Source: Haliotis rufescens (lineage: Eukaryota). Taken from it: a stretch of DNA of 64,000 nucleotides. The notes beneath the pieces are model-generated. The model worked only from the letters and a program-made list of their open reading frames with translations, ran no database searches and was not told the origin of the DNA. The position numbers and the translations under genes are program-made. Positions 48,901 to 63,210 of the stretch are shown piece after piece (within the stretch, counting starts at the first letter, position 1; each line of letters begins with the position of its first letter). The DNA lies in contig NW_025963890.1 of assembly GCF_023055435.1 (NCBI RefSeq), positions 53,010,001-53,074,000 of the forward strand, read 5' to 3'.

Positions 48901-51900
48901 AAGTCACAGTCAGATCCACGGGTACCTGGACAACACACCATCACACACTGATTGTCAACACATCCCCTCTCAACCTCACAAAGTCACAGTCAGATCCACG
49001 GATACCTGGACAACACACCATCACACACTGATTGTCAACACATCCCCTCTCAACCTGAGAAAGTCACAGTCAGATCCGTGGGTACCTGGACAACACACCA
49101 TCACACACTGATTGTCAACACATCCCCTCTCAACCTCACAAAGTCACAGTCAGATCCACGGATACCTGGACAACACACCATCACACACTGATTGTCAACA
49201 CATCCCCTCTCAACCTCACAAAGTCACAGTCAGATCCACGGATACCTGGACAACACACCATCACACACTGATTGTCAACACATCCCCTCTCAACCTCACA
49301 AAGTCACAGTCAGATCCACGGATACCTGGACAACACACCATCACACACTGATTGTCAACACATCCCCTCTCAACCTCACAAAGTCACAGATCCACGGATA
49401 CCTGGACAACACACCATCACACACTGATTGTCAACACATCCCCTCTCAACCATCACAAAGTCACAGATCCACGGATACCTGGACAACACACCATCACACA
49501 CTGATTGTCAACACATCCAATTTCACCCTCACAAAGTCACAGTCAGATCCACGGATACCTGGACAACACACCATCACACACTGATTGTCAACACATCCCC
49601 TCTCAACCTCACAAAGTCACAGTCAGATCCACGGATACCTGGACAACACACCATCACACACTGATTGTCAACACATCCCCTCTCAACCTCACAAAGTCAC
49701 AGTCAGATCCACGGATACCTGGACAACACACCATCACACACTGATTGTCAACACATCCCCTCTCAACCTCACAAAGTCACAGTCAGATCCACGGGTACCT
49801 GGACAACACACCATCACACACTGATTGTCAACACATCCCCTCTCACCCTCACAAAGTCACAGTCAGATCCAAGGATACCTGGACAACGCACCATCACACA
49901 CTGATTGTCAACACATCCCCTCTCACCCTCACAAAGTCACAGTCAGATCCACGGATACCTGGACAACACACCATCACACACTGATTGTCAACACATCCCC
50001 TCTCAACCTCACAAAGTCACAGATCCACGGATACCTGGACAACACACCATCACACACTGATTGTCAACACATCCCCTCTCACCCTCACAAAGTCACAGTC
50101 AGATCCACAGCTACCCAAAGACTATAAGCATATGAACTGCTCATCCCAAGTGCGTGTCTAAGTTACCTTTATCTTTAGGTACCGATATGAACTTGTTCAC
50201 CATAGACTCCTTTTCTATTATATAATCTGTCACAGGATTAAGGAACGAGTTGAGATTGGATAAACAATGTGATTAAGGAGAAACCAATAACCAATAAATA
50301 GAGGATATTCTATAAGTCTTCATGACATACTATGTTTACGGCACGAGTGTCGTAAACATAGTATGACATGAACACAAATAAAATGTTCTATTTATAACAG
50401 TGACTATTTGAGTGTTTACCTATAAGGACAGCAACATCAGTGGAACCACAATTTGTCGAATGCCGTCAACAATGTCATCCAGATGACGGAAACAATACAC
50501 TGTTTTCTCATGACACGATTTTTATGAACCCCAATATATTTGCCCTCGTAGGTAATAAATCTTCATATTTAACCTTGTTGAAATTCCTTTCAGATTATAA
50601 AGTTCTGGCTCTGTGGTATAATCTTATTGTTTCCACCCCTGACTCAAACCTGACAACCCTTCGCCAACACAGAAGAAGGATACATGTTCTCTCGTCATCG
50701 TTGGCATGCTCCAGTTTGTCAGCCTCCTTTCCAAATAATGTCTGTAACAAGTAAAAATACAGATTATTGATAGGAACTGATGAACCATAGTGGCAGGTCC
50801 AGATGCTGACAGTGGGACATGTGTCCAGTCTGTAGAATCAGTTCATTGCACTTAACATAGCCATCAGAGAGAGCTACTTTCCCAAGTTATCACATAGCAG
50901 CATATAAAGGTAATATCACCATGCTTTCTCCATGGCAAATAACAGAGTTTGAGAGAGGTAAAACTGAACATGGCATCTGCAAAATGTTATCCATATAGCA
51001 AAACAGATACAAACATATCTAGACAATTACATGATTCCAAGAAACACACAAATACTCCAGGTACAGTTTTAGGGTCCCAGCACAAGTTTCACATTCCGTG
51101 AACTGCCAAAGTCTCAGCATGGTTGTACATTTAGCAGCTGGATATGCCACCTCATCACATGCCCTGTACATGCACCTGGTGACCTGACCTGTCCGCCTAC
51201 ACATGCCCCATATCCAGACCCTGGTGACCTGAACTGTCCACCTACACATGCCCTATTTATCTAACCCCAACACATTGAAGGAAATCTTGTTTGTCGGCCG
51301 GCTGAACACAAGATCCTGTTATATACGGGATACAAGTGATGGCAGCAGTTCACACAGAAGGCATTTACAAACACGAGTTGAAGGTGAGACCTAGAACCTA
51401 GCAAACTGGTGGACAAGAACAATTGAATGGTGAGCTGGACTGACCTTCCAGACATTGGACTTGATGAAGATGAGCATCTGCAGCAGCTTGATTTCGCGCT
51501 TGAATCCTTTCTCACGGAGAAAGAGGACATCAAGCAGATGGGATCCAACATGCTGGCCTAACTCTGCAAGTCTGTGGAGGAGGAAACAAGAAATAGATCA
51601 TAGTCCTCCACCTCCCACTCTACTGGTCCGCTTCCCACTCTACTGGTCCACCTCCCGCTCTACTGGTCCCTCTCCCACTCTACTAGTTTGTCTCCCCCTC
51701 TAGCGGTCAACCACTCACTCTACTGGTCCACCTCCCACTCTACTGGTCCACCTCCCACTCTACTGGTCCACCTCCCACTCTACTGGTTCACCTCTCACTC
51801 TACTGGTCAACCTCTCACTCTACTGGTCAACCTCTCACTCTACTGGTCAACCTCTCACTCTACTGGTCCACCTCCGATTCTACTGGTCCACCTCCCACTC

Positions 51901-54900
51901 TACTGGTCCATCTCCCACTCTACTGGTCCACCTCCCACTCTACTGGTCCACCTCCCACTCTACTGGTTCACCTCTCACTCTACTGGTCAACCTCTCACTC
52001 TACTGGTCCACCTCCGATTCTACTGGTCCACCTCTCACTCTACTGGTCAACCTCCCACTTTACTGGTCCACCTCTCACTCTACTGGTCCACCTCCGATTC
52101 TACTGGTCAACCTCCAACTTTACTGGTCCACCTCTCACTCTACTGGGCCAACTCCCACTCTACTGGACCACCTCCAACTCTACTGGTCCCCCTCACACTC
52201 CACCTCCCCCTCCACTGGTCCCCCTCCCCCTCTACTGGTCCACCTCCCCCTCTACTGGTACACCTCTCAATCTACTGGTCCACCTCCCCCTCCACTGGTC
52301 CACCTCTCACTCCACTGGTCCCCCTCCCCCTCTACTGGTCCACCTCTCACTCCACTGGTCCCCCTCCCCCTCTACTGGTCCACCTCCCCCTCTACTGGTA
52401 CACCTCTCAATCTACTGGTCCACCTCCCCCTCCACTAGTCCACCTCTCACTCCACTGGTCCCCCTCCCCCTCTACTGGTCCACCTCTCACCCTACTGGTC
52501 CACCTCCCCCTCTACTGGTCCACCTCTCAATCTACTGGTCCACCTCTCAATCTACTGGTCCACCTCCCCCTCCACTAGTCCACCTCTCACTCCACTGGTC
52601 CCCCTCCCCCTCTACTGGTCCACCTCTCAGCCTACTGGTCCACCTCCCCCTCTACTGGTACACCTCTCAATCTACTGGTCCACCTCAGGCTCTACTGGTC
52701 CACCTCCCCATCTACTGAACCACCCCCTGCTCTACAGATGCACCCCTACTCTACTGGTCCACCCCCTGCTCTACTGATCCACCCTCTACTCTCCTGGTCC
52801 ATCTCCAACCCTATCTCCCGCTCTACTGCTTTGCCTCCCACTCTACTGGTCCACGTTCCATTCTACTGGTCAACCTCCCGCTCCACCTCCACCTCCACCT
52901 CCAACTCTACTTGTCCACCTCACGCTCTACTGGTCCACCTCCCCTTCTACTGAACCACCCCCTGCTCTACTGATCCACCCCTACTCTACTGGTCCACCCC
53001 CTGCTCTACTGATCCACCCCTACTCTACTGGTCCACCCCTGCTCTACTGATCCACCCTTTACTCTCCTGGTCCATCTCCAACTCTATCTCCCGCTCTACT
53101 GCTTTGCCTCCCACTCTACTGGTCCACCTGCTACTCCACTGGTCCATGTTCCATTCTACTGGTCAACCTCCCGCTCCACCTCCAACTCTACTGGTCCACC
53201 TCCCTCTCCAATGATCCACCTCCCACTCCAATGGTCCACCTCCCTCTCCAATGGTCCACCTCCCACTCTACTGGTCCACCTCCCTCTCCAATGGCCCACC
53301 TCCAACTCCAATGGTCCACCTCCAACTCTACTGGTCCGCCTCCCTCTCCAATGGCCCACCTCCCACTCCAATGGTCCACCTCCCACTCTACTGGTCCACC
53401 TCCCTCTCCAATGGCCCACCTCCCTCTCCAATGGTCCACCTCCCTCTCCAATGGCCCACCTCCCACTCCAATGGTCCACCTCCCTCTCCAATGGTCCACC
53501 TCCAACTCTACTGGTCCACCTCCCTCTCCAATGGCCCACCTCCCACTCCAATGGTCCACCTCCCTCTCCAATGGTCCACCTCCAACTCTACTGGTCCACC
53601 TCCTGCTCCACATCCCACTCTACTGGTCCACCTCCCTCTCCAATGGTCCACCCCCGCTCTACTGGTCCACCTCCCACTCCAATGGTCCACCCCCCGCTCT
53701 AGTGGTCCACCTCCCTCTCTACTGGTCCATCTCCCGCTCTACTGGTCCACCTCCCTCTCCAATGGTCCACCTCCCTCTCTACTGGTCCACCTCCCACTCT
53801 ATGGATCCACCTTCTGCTCTACTGGTCCATCTCCCACTCTACTGGTCCATCTCCCTCTCCAATGGTCCACCTCCCTCTCTACTGGTCCACCTCCCACTCT
53901 ATGGATCCACCTTCTGCTCTACTGGTCCATCTCCCACTCTACTGGTCCACCTCCCACTAAACTGGTCCATCCCAGCTCCAGTCATATACTCACTTGTTCT
54001 GGAGTTCAGGCACAGTGTAGACTCTGTTCTGACAATACTGGACGATCTCGGAGAACAGCAGTGCAAAGGTTGCGATATTCACCTGAAACAGACATACAAA
54101 TGCATAAAACATAAAAATAAAAACATTTTCAACAGAAATATACATATCAGTATATATGTCAGTATAGATCTGGATGATGGATTGCTTTTTAGAAGCTGGA
54201 AAGCTTTGTATAAGCATGTTTGAAACAAGAATAAGAAATGCAAAGTGTGAGATAGGATAAGTCTCTGACATAAAGATTCATGATTACGCCATCAATATGC
54301 CAAATAAGCAGGTACACCTGTCAGAACATTCCTGACACTATCACCTTCATGCCATATTTTTTCTGTATCACTACATGTATATACCGTAGTTTATTGATGG
54401 CAGCATCTAATCATGCTCATTACAGAGGGGTATGCATCAAAGGGAACAGGACAGAGCTCTAGATAAGTTGTTGGTTATTTGGATATTTTACCCTGGGGTT
54501 GGATTTTCCTTGGGAATCCTCAATGTTTAGAGGGTATACAAGTTTACATACCCACCTGTTTCCATCCTCTGTATAAAACCTACACTAACCCCAGGGCCCA
54601 TCCACACAGTGTTTGCTATCTTAAATTACCTGCCCTTGATTTTCACGAACTTTTTACCAACCAATCTAACGTCAAGATAAGGAAAGAAAATGGGTTACGG
54701 AAGTAAGTCGTATTGCCTAGAAACCAAAGCCACTGCCCTGTTTTTATGGCCATGAACACATCCTTGCCACCCAAAATTTTTTGGAGGGCTTTCTTTTGAC
54801 TGACAGTCAGTTTTTCAACATTCAATTTCTCGCAAACTCTATCGTAATTAATGGGACTGGTTGCTATGTTGTTAATACCGCCAACCCCACATTGAGGGTG

Positions 54901-57714
54901 GTTTTAACTCGCATTCTGATTGGTACGTTAGACCTAGGAGCATAGCGAATCAAACTCACTGAAGGAAATGAAGACAATCCAGTGAGTGACACCATGAGCA
55001 CCAATCCACGCAATTGGGATACGATGACATGCATCAACCAAGTCAGCGAACCTGATGACACGATCCCATTAGTAGCCTCTCGCGACAAGCCTTTTATCAT
55101 GTTTATGGCAAGCATGGGTTGCTGAAAACCTATTCTACCCCAGATCTTCACAGGTCTCTAACAGTTGTAATATACGCAATCGTTTTATCTAATAGTTGTA
55201 ATATATACATTAGTTTTATGTCAATAGCATATTTATATTTACATAAAGTGTATTTTATACAAATATGCAGCTTATCTCAAGCTCTGTAGGAGAAGACAAA
55301 TGAAACATTTGTTGGAGGGTTGTCTTAGGAAGGCAAAGGAAAGTACACGTCTAGGAATAACACATCAACCTAGTGTAATTCAATCACACCTACCTTTTAC
55401 ATGTATTGAACTGGCCAGATAGAGAATTTAACTGACACAAGATTCATGTACGACTGATTCAGTGAGTTTGGCTTTACCATATTTTAAGCAGTATTCCAGT
55501 TCTATTATGGCGTGTCAGCTAAATGTGGGAGGTAAGCCCAAAGTGATGCAGATGTTATAAGTTGACCACTTAGGTGGAATCCATGAGCATTTGACAAACC
55601 AAATATATAATCAAGCGAATCTGGGATTCGAAACCATGATCATATTTGAATGGTTTGAATGTTTTTCTAACCACAAAAGAAATGTCAGTTATGCATGGTT
55701 ACATGCAAAAGTACAAATTGAATACTTTTCATAATTCAAACAGCCATATCTTTTTGCATCACTCAGGACCCGTATGGGAATTATTGTCATTCTTTTCCAA
55801 TCTGTCAGCTCATAGGAATATAATGTGTCTTGTAAAACCCCCTTACATAGTAACTGTCTATGTGTAAATAGTTAAACTAGCTCTTGATTGCATGCTGGAA
55901 TATATCCATATCTACACAAGAACTCAGTGTCTGAAATATCAAACAAGCTTTAAGATTCACTGTTGATCAACAAGGTGTCAATGACACAAACGTTTATGAT
56001 GGTGAGTTGATGGGTCTTGTGGGTGTGTACAAAAGCAATAAGGGGAAGCAATCAGTGAAAGGGAAGCAATGAAAATAAACATTTTGTTGTACTGCTACAA
56101 CAGGAAGGGCCACACAAAAGGGGTAAAACATGCTAAATTGTTATGTCTTGCATCCTAGTAAATTTACAGGTGGCAGAAGACATAGCTGCACACAGCAATA
56201 ACACAGACTTTAGTTGAGATCACAGTCAAATAACATTAATTAAGGCAACACGTATGACTGCCAATAGACCAAGGAAGACATTACTACCAGACTCCACAGA
56301 CATACCATGATAGGCCATTACAACCATGCATTCTTTCTTCAATCATACTGATGCAGCTGTAGGTATGTTGGCATAAACATTGAGTTCACAAAAATCCAGA
56401 TTCGTCGTTATTATCTGTACACCAAAGACCTAAGGATCTATATTTACAAAAATGGTCATTGCAAGTTTTATGTTCAGAAAAATGTAATTATGACAAGCTT
56501 TTTATGACAAATATGTCATAGAATACAATTTGCTTGATATAAATTCTAAAAGTGTTAGAATAGCCTTAGCACAATTAAGATGCAGCTCTCATAGACTTAT
56601 GATTAAAGTTGTCATACATCTGAACATTGCTAGAGAATTGAGAATTTGTATGAAATGGGATTGAATTTTCATTTTCATCTATCAAATAATATTTAGTTGA
56701 TGACATGATTTACATAACCATAGTAATTCCTAATTATTGTCATGGATTGATTGATCATACTTATATTTAAATGGAGCAGTTTAAAACAATGATTTAAAAC
56801 ACATATGTAAATAAAGATGAGAGGGTAATGCAAAAAAAGAAATTTCTGCATCAGTATCAATTTTGATAATGTTGTTCTGAACAAGCAACAGTGTTTCAGG
56901 GTCCTTGTTGTATGATATGGGGACAGTGATGGTGCATGGCTGGTGACTGTGGGATAGGGACTGTGACTCAGGGAGAGACGGACTAACTCACTCCAGGCTT
57001 CTCTGGATACAATGGCTGTCAAAGTATAGATACAAAAGTCTACTTCAGCACATCATACAAGCTGTCTTATTTAGGCAGCAGTTGAAAGCTATTAATTCCA
57101 CAAGTTAACAGAAAAACAAACATTTGGAATCCTCCTGTCACCATCATGCCCACGTTACATGGATCCATTATCATGCAAATCAAACAACTCAATCAACACA
57201 TAACCTATTAATATTCATCATACAAGTAATTCAGGGGCTCACTTCAGTAGTGCAGTGTTATGTTATGTGCAGTCCATGTGCACGTCTCATGGCTTCAGCA
57301 AACACTTTCATCACGACACTAGCCTATTGACTCCGTTCATGTATTGCATGGGTGATACTGGAACGTGATGTGCCTTAGGGTTTTTTGAATTACTATAGAT
57401 TAGCTAAATGGACACCATTCTAACGGCTCCCTAAGTCTAAACGTATTGTGGAAGTCAATAGATGTGTAACAAATAATTCACTCAACATAAATCATAAATT
57501 TGCCTTGCTGACATTATCAACGTGCACGAAAACTGAGGGCGTTTCTTGTAGCAGATATAAACAACTACTATTTTTCTGGTTAACAAACAAGTGACTACGA
57601 TGTGCATTAGCCATTTCGTGAAAAGTATGCGGGTCCAAGTATGCAAACCTCGGGTTTTCCTTTCCCGAGATTCTTGTCAAGGTTCGAAGGCTTTTGTCGT
57701 GTCAAAGAAGACAT
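45932..57714 (-). CDS. TRAPPC5: Trafficking protein particle complex subunit 5; exons 57714-57649, 54082-53994, 51571-51445, 50741-50684, 50226-50167, 46911-46847, 46030-45932; 187 aa
   Basis: The spliced product MSSLTRQKPSNLDKNLGKGKPEVNIATFALLFSEIVQYCQNRVYTVPELQNKLAELGQHVG...LFGKEADKLEHANDDERTYYIIEKESMVNKFISVPKDKGNLNCAAFTAGILEAVL...PAKVTVHWHKGTTFMIKFDESVIARDKHIDGR matches the TRAPPC5/Trs31 family. Phases are consistent (564 nt). Confidence 0.94.
46914..50110. repeat. 80-bp minisatellite in TRAPPC5 intron 5, about 40 copies
   Basis: Unit ACAAAGTCACAGTCAGATCCACGGATACCTGGACAACACACCATCACACACTGATTGTCAACACATCCCCTCTCAACCTC. Confidence 0.95.
51604..53972. repeat. 20-bp C-rich minisatellite filling TRAPPC5 intron 2
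   Basis: Unit CCTCCCACTCTACTGGTCCA and variants. Confidence 0.95.
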
Positions 57715-57770
57715 TTTCAGGAAGTGGTTGAAACCGGAAGTAACGCCACTACGTTTGCACTAAAAGTTGC
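57715..57770 (-). promoter_or_regulatory. TRAPPC5 proximal promoter with ETS motif
   Basis: AACCGGAAGT at about 57732, immediately upstream of the ATG exon. Confidence 0.4.
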
Positions 57771-58003
57771 AACAATTTAACGAAATTGGAATCTGGTATT
57801 GAAACCCAGGGGGAAAATGTGCAACGTGTGTTATATTTCTAGGAATGACAATGGTGCCGTAAAAACATTATTTACCTTTTAAACACACACACTATTTTTA
57901 GTTCGCCAAGAAAATCTGTTTGGCCGAGAGCGTTCGTAAAATTCCGAAACATTAATAGTAATACCGTTCATATGGTTCATGACTTCTTCTTACAGTGATT
58001 CAT

Positions 58004-58972
58004 GTGTCAGAAGAGGGACTGATGTTAACGTCATTTATGCGGATAGGCTCTGATGTTAACGCCATGTATCAAAAGAGGGGCTGATGGTAACGCCATGTAT
58101 CAGAAGAAGGGCTGATGTTAACGCCATGTATCAAAAGAGGGGCTGATGGTAACGCCATGTATCAGAAGAAGGGCTGATGTTAACACTTTGTATCAGAAGA
58201 AGGGCTGATGGTAACGCCATGTATCAGAAGAGGGGCTGATGGTAACACTATGTGTCAGAAGAGGGTCTGACGTTAACGTCATTTATGCGGATAGGGTCTG
58301 ATGTTAACGCCATGTATCAAAAGAGGGGCTGATGTTAACGCTATGTATCAAAAGAGGGTCTGATGTTAACGCCATGTATCAGAAGAAGGGCTGATGTCAA
58401 CACTATGTATCAGAAGTCGGGCTGATGGTAACGCCATGTATCAGAAGAGGGGCTGATGGTAACGTCATGTATCAGAAGAGGGGCTGATGGTAACGTCATG
58501 TATCAGAAGAAGGGCTAATGGTAACGCCATGTATCAGAAGAGGGTTTGATGTTAACCGTTTGTATCAGAAAAGGGGATGATGTTAACGCCATGTATCAGA
58601 AAAGGGTTTGATGTTAACGGTTTGTATCAGAAAAGGGGATGATGGTAACGCCATGTATCAGAAGAAGGGCTGATGTTAACGTCATGTATCAGAAGAAGGG
58701 CTGATGTTAACGTCATTTATCCGGATAGGGGCTGATGTTAACGCCATGTATCAGAAGAGGGGCTGATGTTAACGCCATGTATCAGAAGAAGGGCTGATGT
58801 TAACGCCATGCATCAGAAGAGGGGCTGATGTTAACGCCATGTATCAGAAGAGGGGCTGATGTTACCGCCATGTATCAGAAGAAGGGCTGATGTTAACGCC
58901 ATGTATCAGAAGAAGGGCTGATGTTAACGCCATGTATCAGAAGAGGGGCTGATGTTGACGTCATGTATCAGA
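58004..58972. repeat. 31-bp minisatellite
   Basis: Unit TGTATCAGAAGAGGGGCTGATGTTAACGCCA. Confidence 0.93.
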
Positions 58973-59279
58973 TCTATGTCAAGGCCCCGGAATCACGTGC
59001 CTCACATTCCCGTCTCAATAAGAGGAACTTTGACCCCTCCGACTGAAATGAAAGCTATCCAGGACGGCGGTGCGCTTAGATGTTTTGGTTAAAATCACAT
59101 TTAAGAAATGCTGGAGTTTACAAAACCACATGTTTCAACCGGTTCCCCTAAAGAGGTGCATTACAGAAAGCGATTAGACAATGTCTTGACGCCACAAAGT
59201 CATCCTGTTAATTGGGAAAACCGCAACGTAAGTATTCTCCAAAACATTAGACAGACTGTAAAGACAGTTAAAGGATCTG

Positions 59280-62200
59280 TACGGGACTGGGCGTTGGAGG
59301 AGCTGTATATTGGACAAGGCGTTGGAGGAGCTGTATATGGGACAAGACGTTGGAGGAGCTGTATATGGGACAAGGCGTTGGAGGAACTGTATATGGGACA
59401 AGATGTCAGAGGGGCTGTATGAGACAAGACGTCAGAGGGGCTGTATGGGACAAGACGTCAGAGGGGCTGTATGGGGCAAGACGTCAGAGGGTCTGTATGA
59501 GACAAGACGTCAGAGGTCGGTATGAGACAAGACGTCAGAGGGGCTGTATGAGACAAGACATTAAAGGGGCTGTATGGGACAAGATGTCAGAGGGGCTGTA
59601 TGAGACAAGACGTCAGAGGGGCTGTATGAGACAAGACGTCAGAGGGGCTGTATGGGTCAGAGGGCCTTTTTTGGACAAGACGTCAGAGGGGCTGTATGAG
59701 ACAAGACGTCAGAGGGGCTGTATGGGACAACGGTAGAGGGGCTGTATGAGACAAGACGTCAGAGGGGCTGTATGAGACAAGACGTCAGAGGGGCTGTATG
59801 GGACAACGGTAGAGGGGCTGTGTGGAACAAGACGTCAGAGGGCTGAATGGGACAAGACGTCAGAGGGGCTGTTTGAGACAAGACGTCAGAGGGGCTGTAT
59901 GGGACAACGGTAGAGGGGCTGTATGAGACAAGACGTCAGAGGGGCTGAATGGGACAAGACGTCCGAGGGCTGTATGGGACAAGACGTCAGAGGGGCTGTA
60001 TGGGACAAGACGTCAGAGGGGCTGTATGGGACAACGGTAGAGGGGCTGTGTGGAACAAGACGTCAGAGGGCTTAATGGGACAAGACGTCAGAGGGGCTGT
60101 ATGAGACAAGACGTCAGAGAGGCTGTATGGGACAACGGTAGAGGGGCTGTGTGGAACAAGACGTCAGAGGGCTGAATGGGACAAGACGTCAGAGGGGCTG
60201 TTTGAGACAAGACGTCAGAGGGGCTGTATGGGACAACGGTAGAGGGGCTGTATGAGACAAGACGTCAGAGGGCTGAATGGGACAAGACGTCAGAGGGGCT
60301 GTTTGAGACAAGACGTCAGAGGGGCTGTATGGGACAACGGTAGAGGGGCTGTATGAGACAAGACGTCAGAGGGGCTGAATGGGACAAGACGTCCGAAGGC
60401 TGTATGGGACAAGACGTCAGAGGGGCTGTATGGGACAAGACGTCAGAGGGGCTGTATGGGACAACGGTAGAGGGGCTGTGTGGAACAAGACGTCTGAGGG
60501 CTGTATGGGAGAAGACGTCAGAGGGACTGTATGAGGCAAGACGTCAGAGGGGCTGTATGGGACAAGACATTAAAGGGGCTGTATGAAACAAGACGTCAGA
60601 AAGTTGTATGACAAGACGTCAGATGGCTTATGGGACAAGATGTCAGAGGGGCTGTATGAGCCAACACGTCAGAGGGGCTGTATGGGACAAGACGTCCGAG
60701 GGCTGTATGGGACAAGACGTCAGAGGGGCTGTATGGGACAAGACGTCAGAGGGGCTGTATGGGACAACGGTAGAGGGGCTGTGTGGAACAAGACGTCAGA
60801 GGGCTTAATGGGACAAGACGTCAGAGGGGCTGTATGAGACAAGACGTCAGACGGGCTGTATGGGACAACGGTAGAGGGGCTGTGTGGAACAAGACGTCAG
60901 AGGGCTGAATGGGACAAGACGTCAGAGGGCTTATGGGACAAGACGTCCGAGGGCTGTATCGGACAAGACGTCAGAGGGGCTGTATGAAACAAGACGTCCG
61001 AGGGCTTATGGGACAACGGTAGAAAGGGCTGTGTGGAACAAGACGTCTGAGGGCTGTATGGGAGAAGACGTCAGAGGGGCTGTATGGGACAAGATGTCAG
61101 AGGGGCTGTATGGGACAAGACGTCAGAGGGGCTGTATGAAACAAGTCGTCAGAGGGGCTGTATGAAACAAGACGTCAGAGGGCTTATGGGACAAGATGTC
61201 AGAGGGGTTGTATGAGGCAAGATGTCAGAGGGGCTGTATGAGGCAAGATGTCAGAGGGGCTGTATGGGACAAGACGTCAGAGGGGCTGTATAGGACAAGA
61301 CGTCAGAGGGTTTGTATGAGACAAGACGTCAGAGGGGCTGTATGAGACAAGACGTCAGAGGGGCTGTATGGGACAAGACGTCAGAGGGGCTGTATGAAAC
61401 AAGACGTCAGAAAGCTGTATGACACAAGACGTCAGAGGGCTAATGGGACAAGATGTCAGAGGGGCTGTATGAGGCAAGATGTCAGAGGGGCTGTTTAGTG
61501 GCAAGACGTCAGAGGGGCTGTATGGGACAAGACGTCAGAGGGGCTGTATGGGAGAAAACGTCAGAGGGGCTGTATGGGAGAAGACGTCAGAGGAGCTGTA
61601 TGAGACAAGACGTCAGAGGAGCTGTATGAGAAAAGACGTCAGAGGGGCTGTATGGGACAAGACGTCAGAGGGCTTATGGGACAAGATGTCAGAGGGGCTG
61701 TATGAGGCAAGATGTCAGAGGGGCTGTATGAGGCAAGACGTCAGTGGGGCTGTATGGGACAAGACGTCAGAGGGGCTGTATGGGAGAAAACGTCAGAGGG
61801 GCTGTATGGGAGAAGACGTCAGAGGGTTTGTATGAGACAAGACGTCAGAGGGGCTGTATGAGAAGACGTCAGAGGGGCTGTATGGGACAAGACGTCAGAG
61901 GGGCTGTATGAGACAAGACGTCAGAGGGGCTGTATGAGGCAAGATGTCAGAGGGGCTGTATGGGACAAGACATTAAAGGGGCTGTATGAAACAAGACGTC
62001 AGAAAGTTTTATGACACAAGACGTCAGAGTGCTTATGGGACAAGATGTCAGAGGGGCTGTATGAGGCAAGATGTCAGAGGGGCTGTATGGGACAACGGTA
62101 GAGGGGCTGTATAGGACAAGACGTCAGAGGGGCTGTATGAGCCAACACGTCAGAGGGGCTGTATGGGACAAGACGTCAGAGGGCTGTATGGGACAAGACG

Positions 62201-62802
62201 TCAGAGGAGCTGTATGAAACAAGACGTCAGAGGGGCTGTATGAAACAAGACGTCAGAAAGCTGTATGACACAAGACGTCAGAGGGCGTATGGGACAAGAT
62301 GTCAGAGGGGCTGTATGGGACAAGACGTCAGAGGGTTTGTATGAGACAAGACGTCAGAGGGGCTGTATGAGACAAGACGTCAGAGGGGCTGTATGGGACA
62401 AGACGTCAGAGGGGCTGTATGAAACAAGACGTCAGAAAGCTGTATGACACAAGACGTCAGAGGGCTTATGGGACAAGATGTCAGAGGGGCTGTATGAGGC
62501 AAGATGTCAGAGGGGCTGTATGGGACAAGACGTCAGAGGGGCTGTATGGGACAAGAAGTCCGAGGGCTGTATGGGACAAGACGTCCGAGGGCTGTATGGG
62601 ACAAGACGTCAGAGGGGCTGTATGAGACAAGACGTCAGAGGGGCTGTATGGGACAAGACGTCAGAGGGGCTGTATGGGACAAGACGTCCGAGGGGCTGTA
62701 TGAGACAAGACGTCCGAGGGCTGTATGGGACAAGACGTCTGAGGGCTGAATGGGACAAGACGTCAGAGGGGCTGTATGGGACAAGACGTCAAAGGGCTGT
62801 AT
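59280..62802. repeat. 26-bp minisatellite, about 135 copies
   Basis: Unit GGGACAAGACGTCAGAGGGGCTGTAT. Confidence 0.95.
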
Positions 62803-63078
62803 TCGCCACTAATTTCCGCGATGTTACCAACATACAGTCCACTCACTCAATTTATCAATGTCCCTTTGGGGGTCCGGGTTAGAATAGGTCCACAGGTTCA
62901 TGTGCTGGTCGTAAGAGGCGACTGAGTAGAACTGGCGATCAGACTTGGTTGATAGCGTGTGAAGGTACCCCGTACCTGGATCGTTGCTCGTAATATCAAG
63001 CACAGGATTGTCTGGTCCAGACTCGACTATTTACTGGCCGCCGTCATATAGCTGGAATATTTCTGAATGCGGCGAAAC

Positions 63079-63210
63079 TCTATCAATGTATTAAACTTGA
63101 TACTTGGTCAATCTACAAACAAACACACTATCAATGTATTAAACTTGATACTTGGTCAATCTACAAACAAACACACTAAAAATGTATTAAACTTGAGACT
63201 TGGTCAATAA
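63079..63210. repeat. 48-bp tandem duplication; a further copy resumes at about 63776 beyond the MITE
   Basis: CTATCAATGTATTAAACTTGATACTTGGTCAATCTACAAACAAACACA repeated about 2.7 times. Confidence 0.8.

Noticed and set aside
46908-62882. Dozens of repetitive ORFs (MSTHPLS..., TGPPPTLLVHL..., RQDVRGAVWDK...)
   Set aside because: They are translations of 80-, 20- and 26-bp satellites whose unit lengths are not multiples of 3. They are intronic or intergenic.
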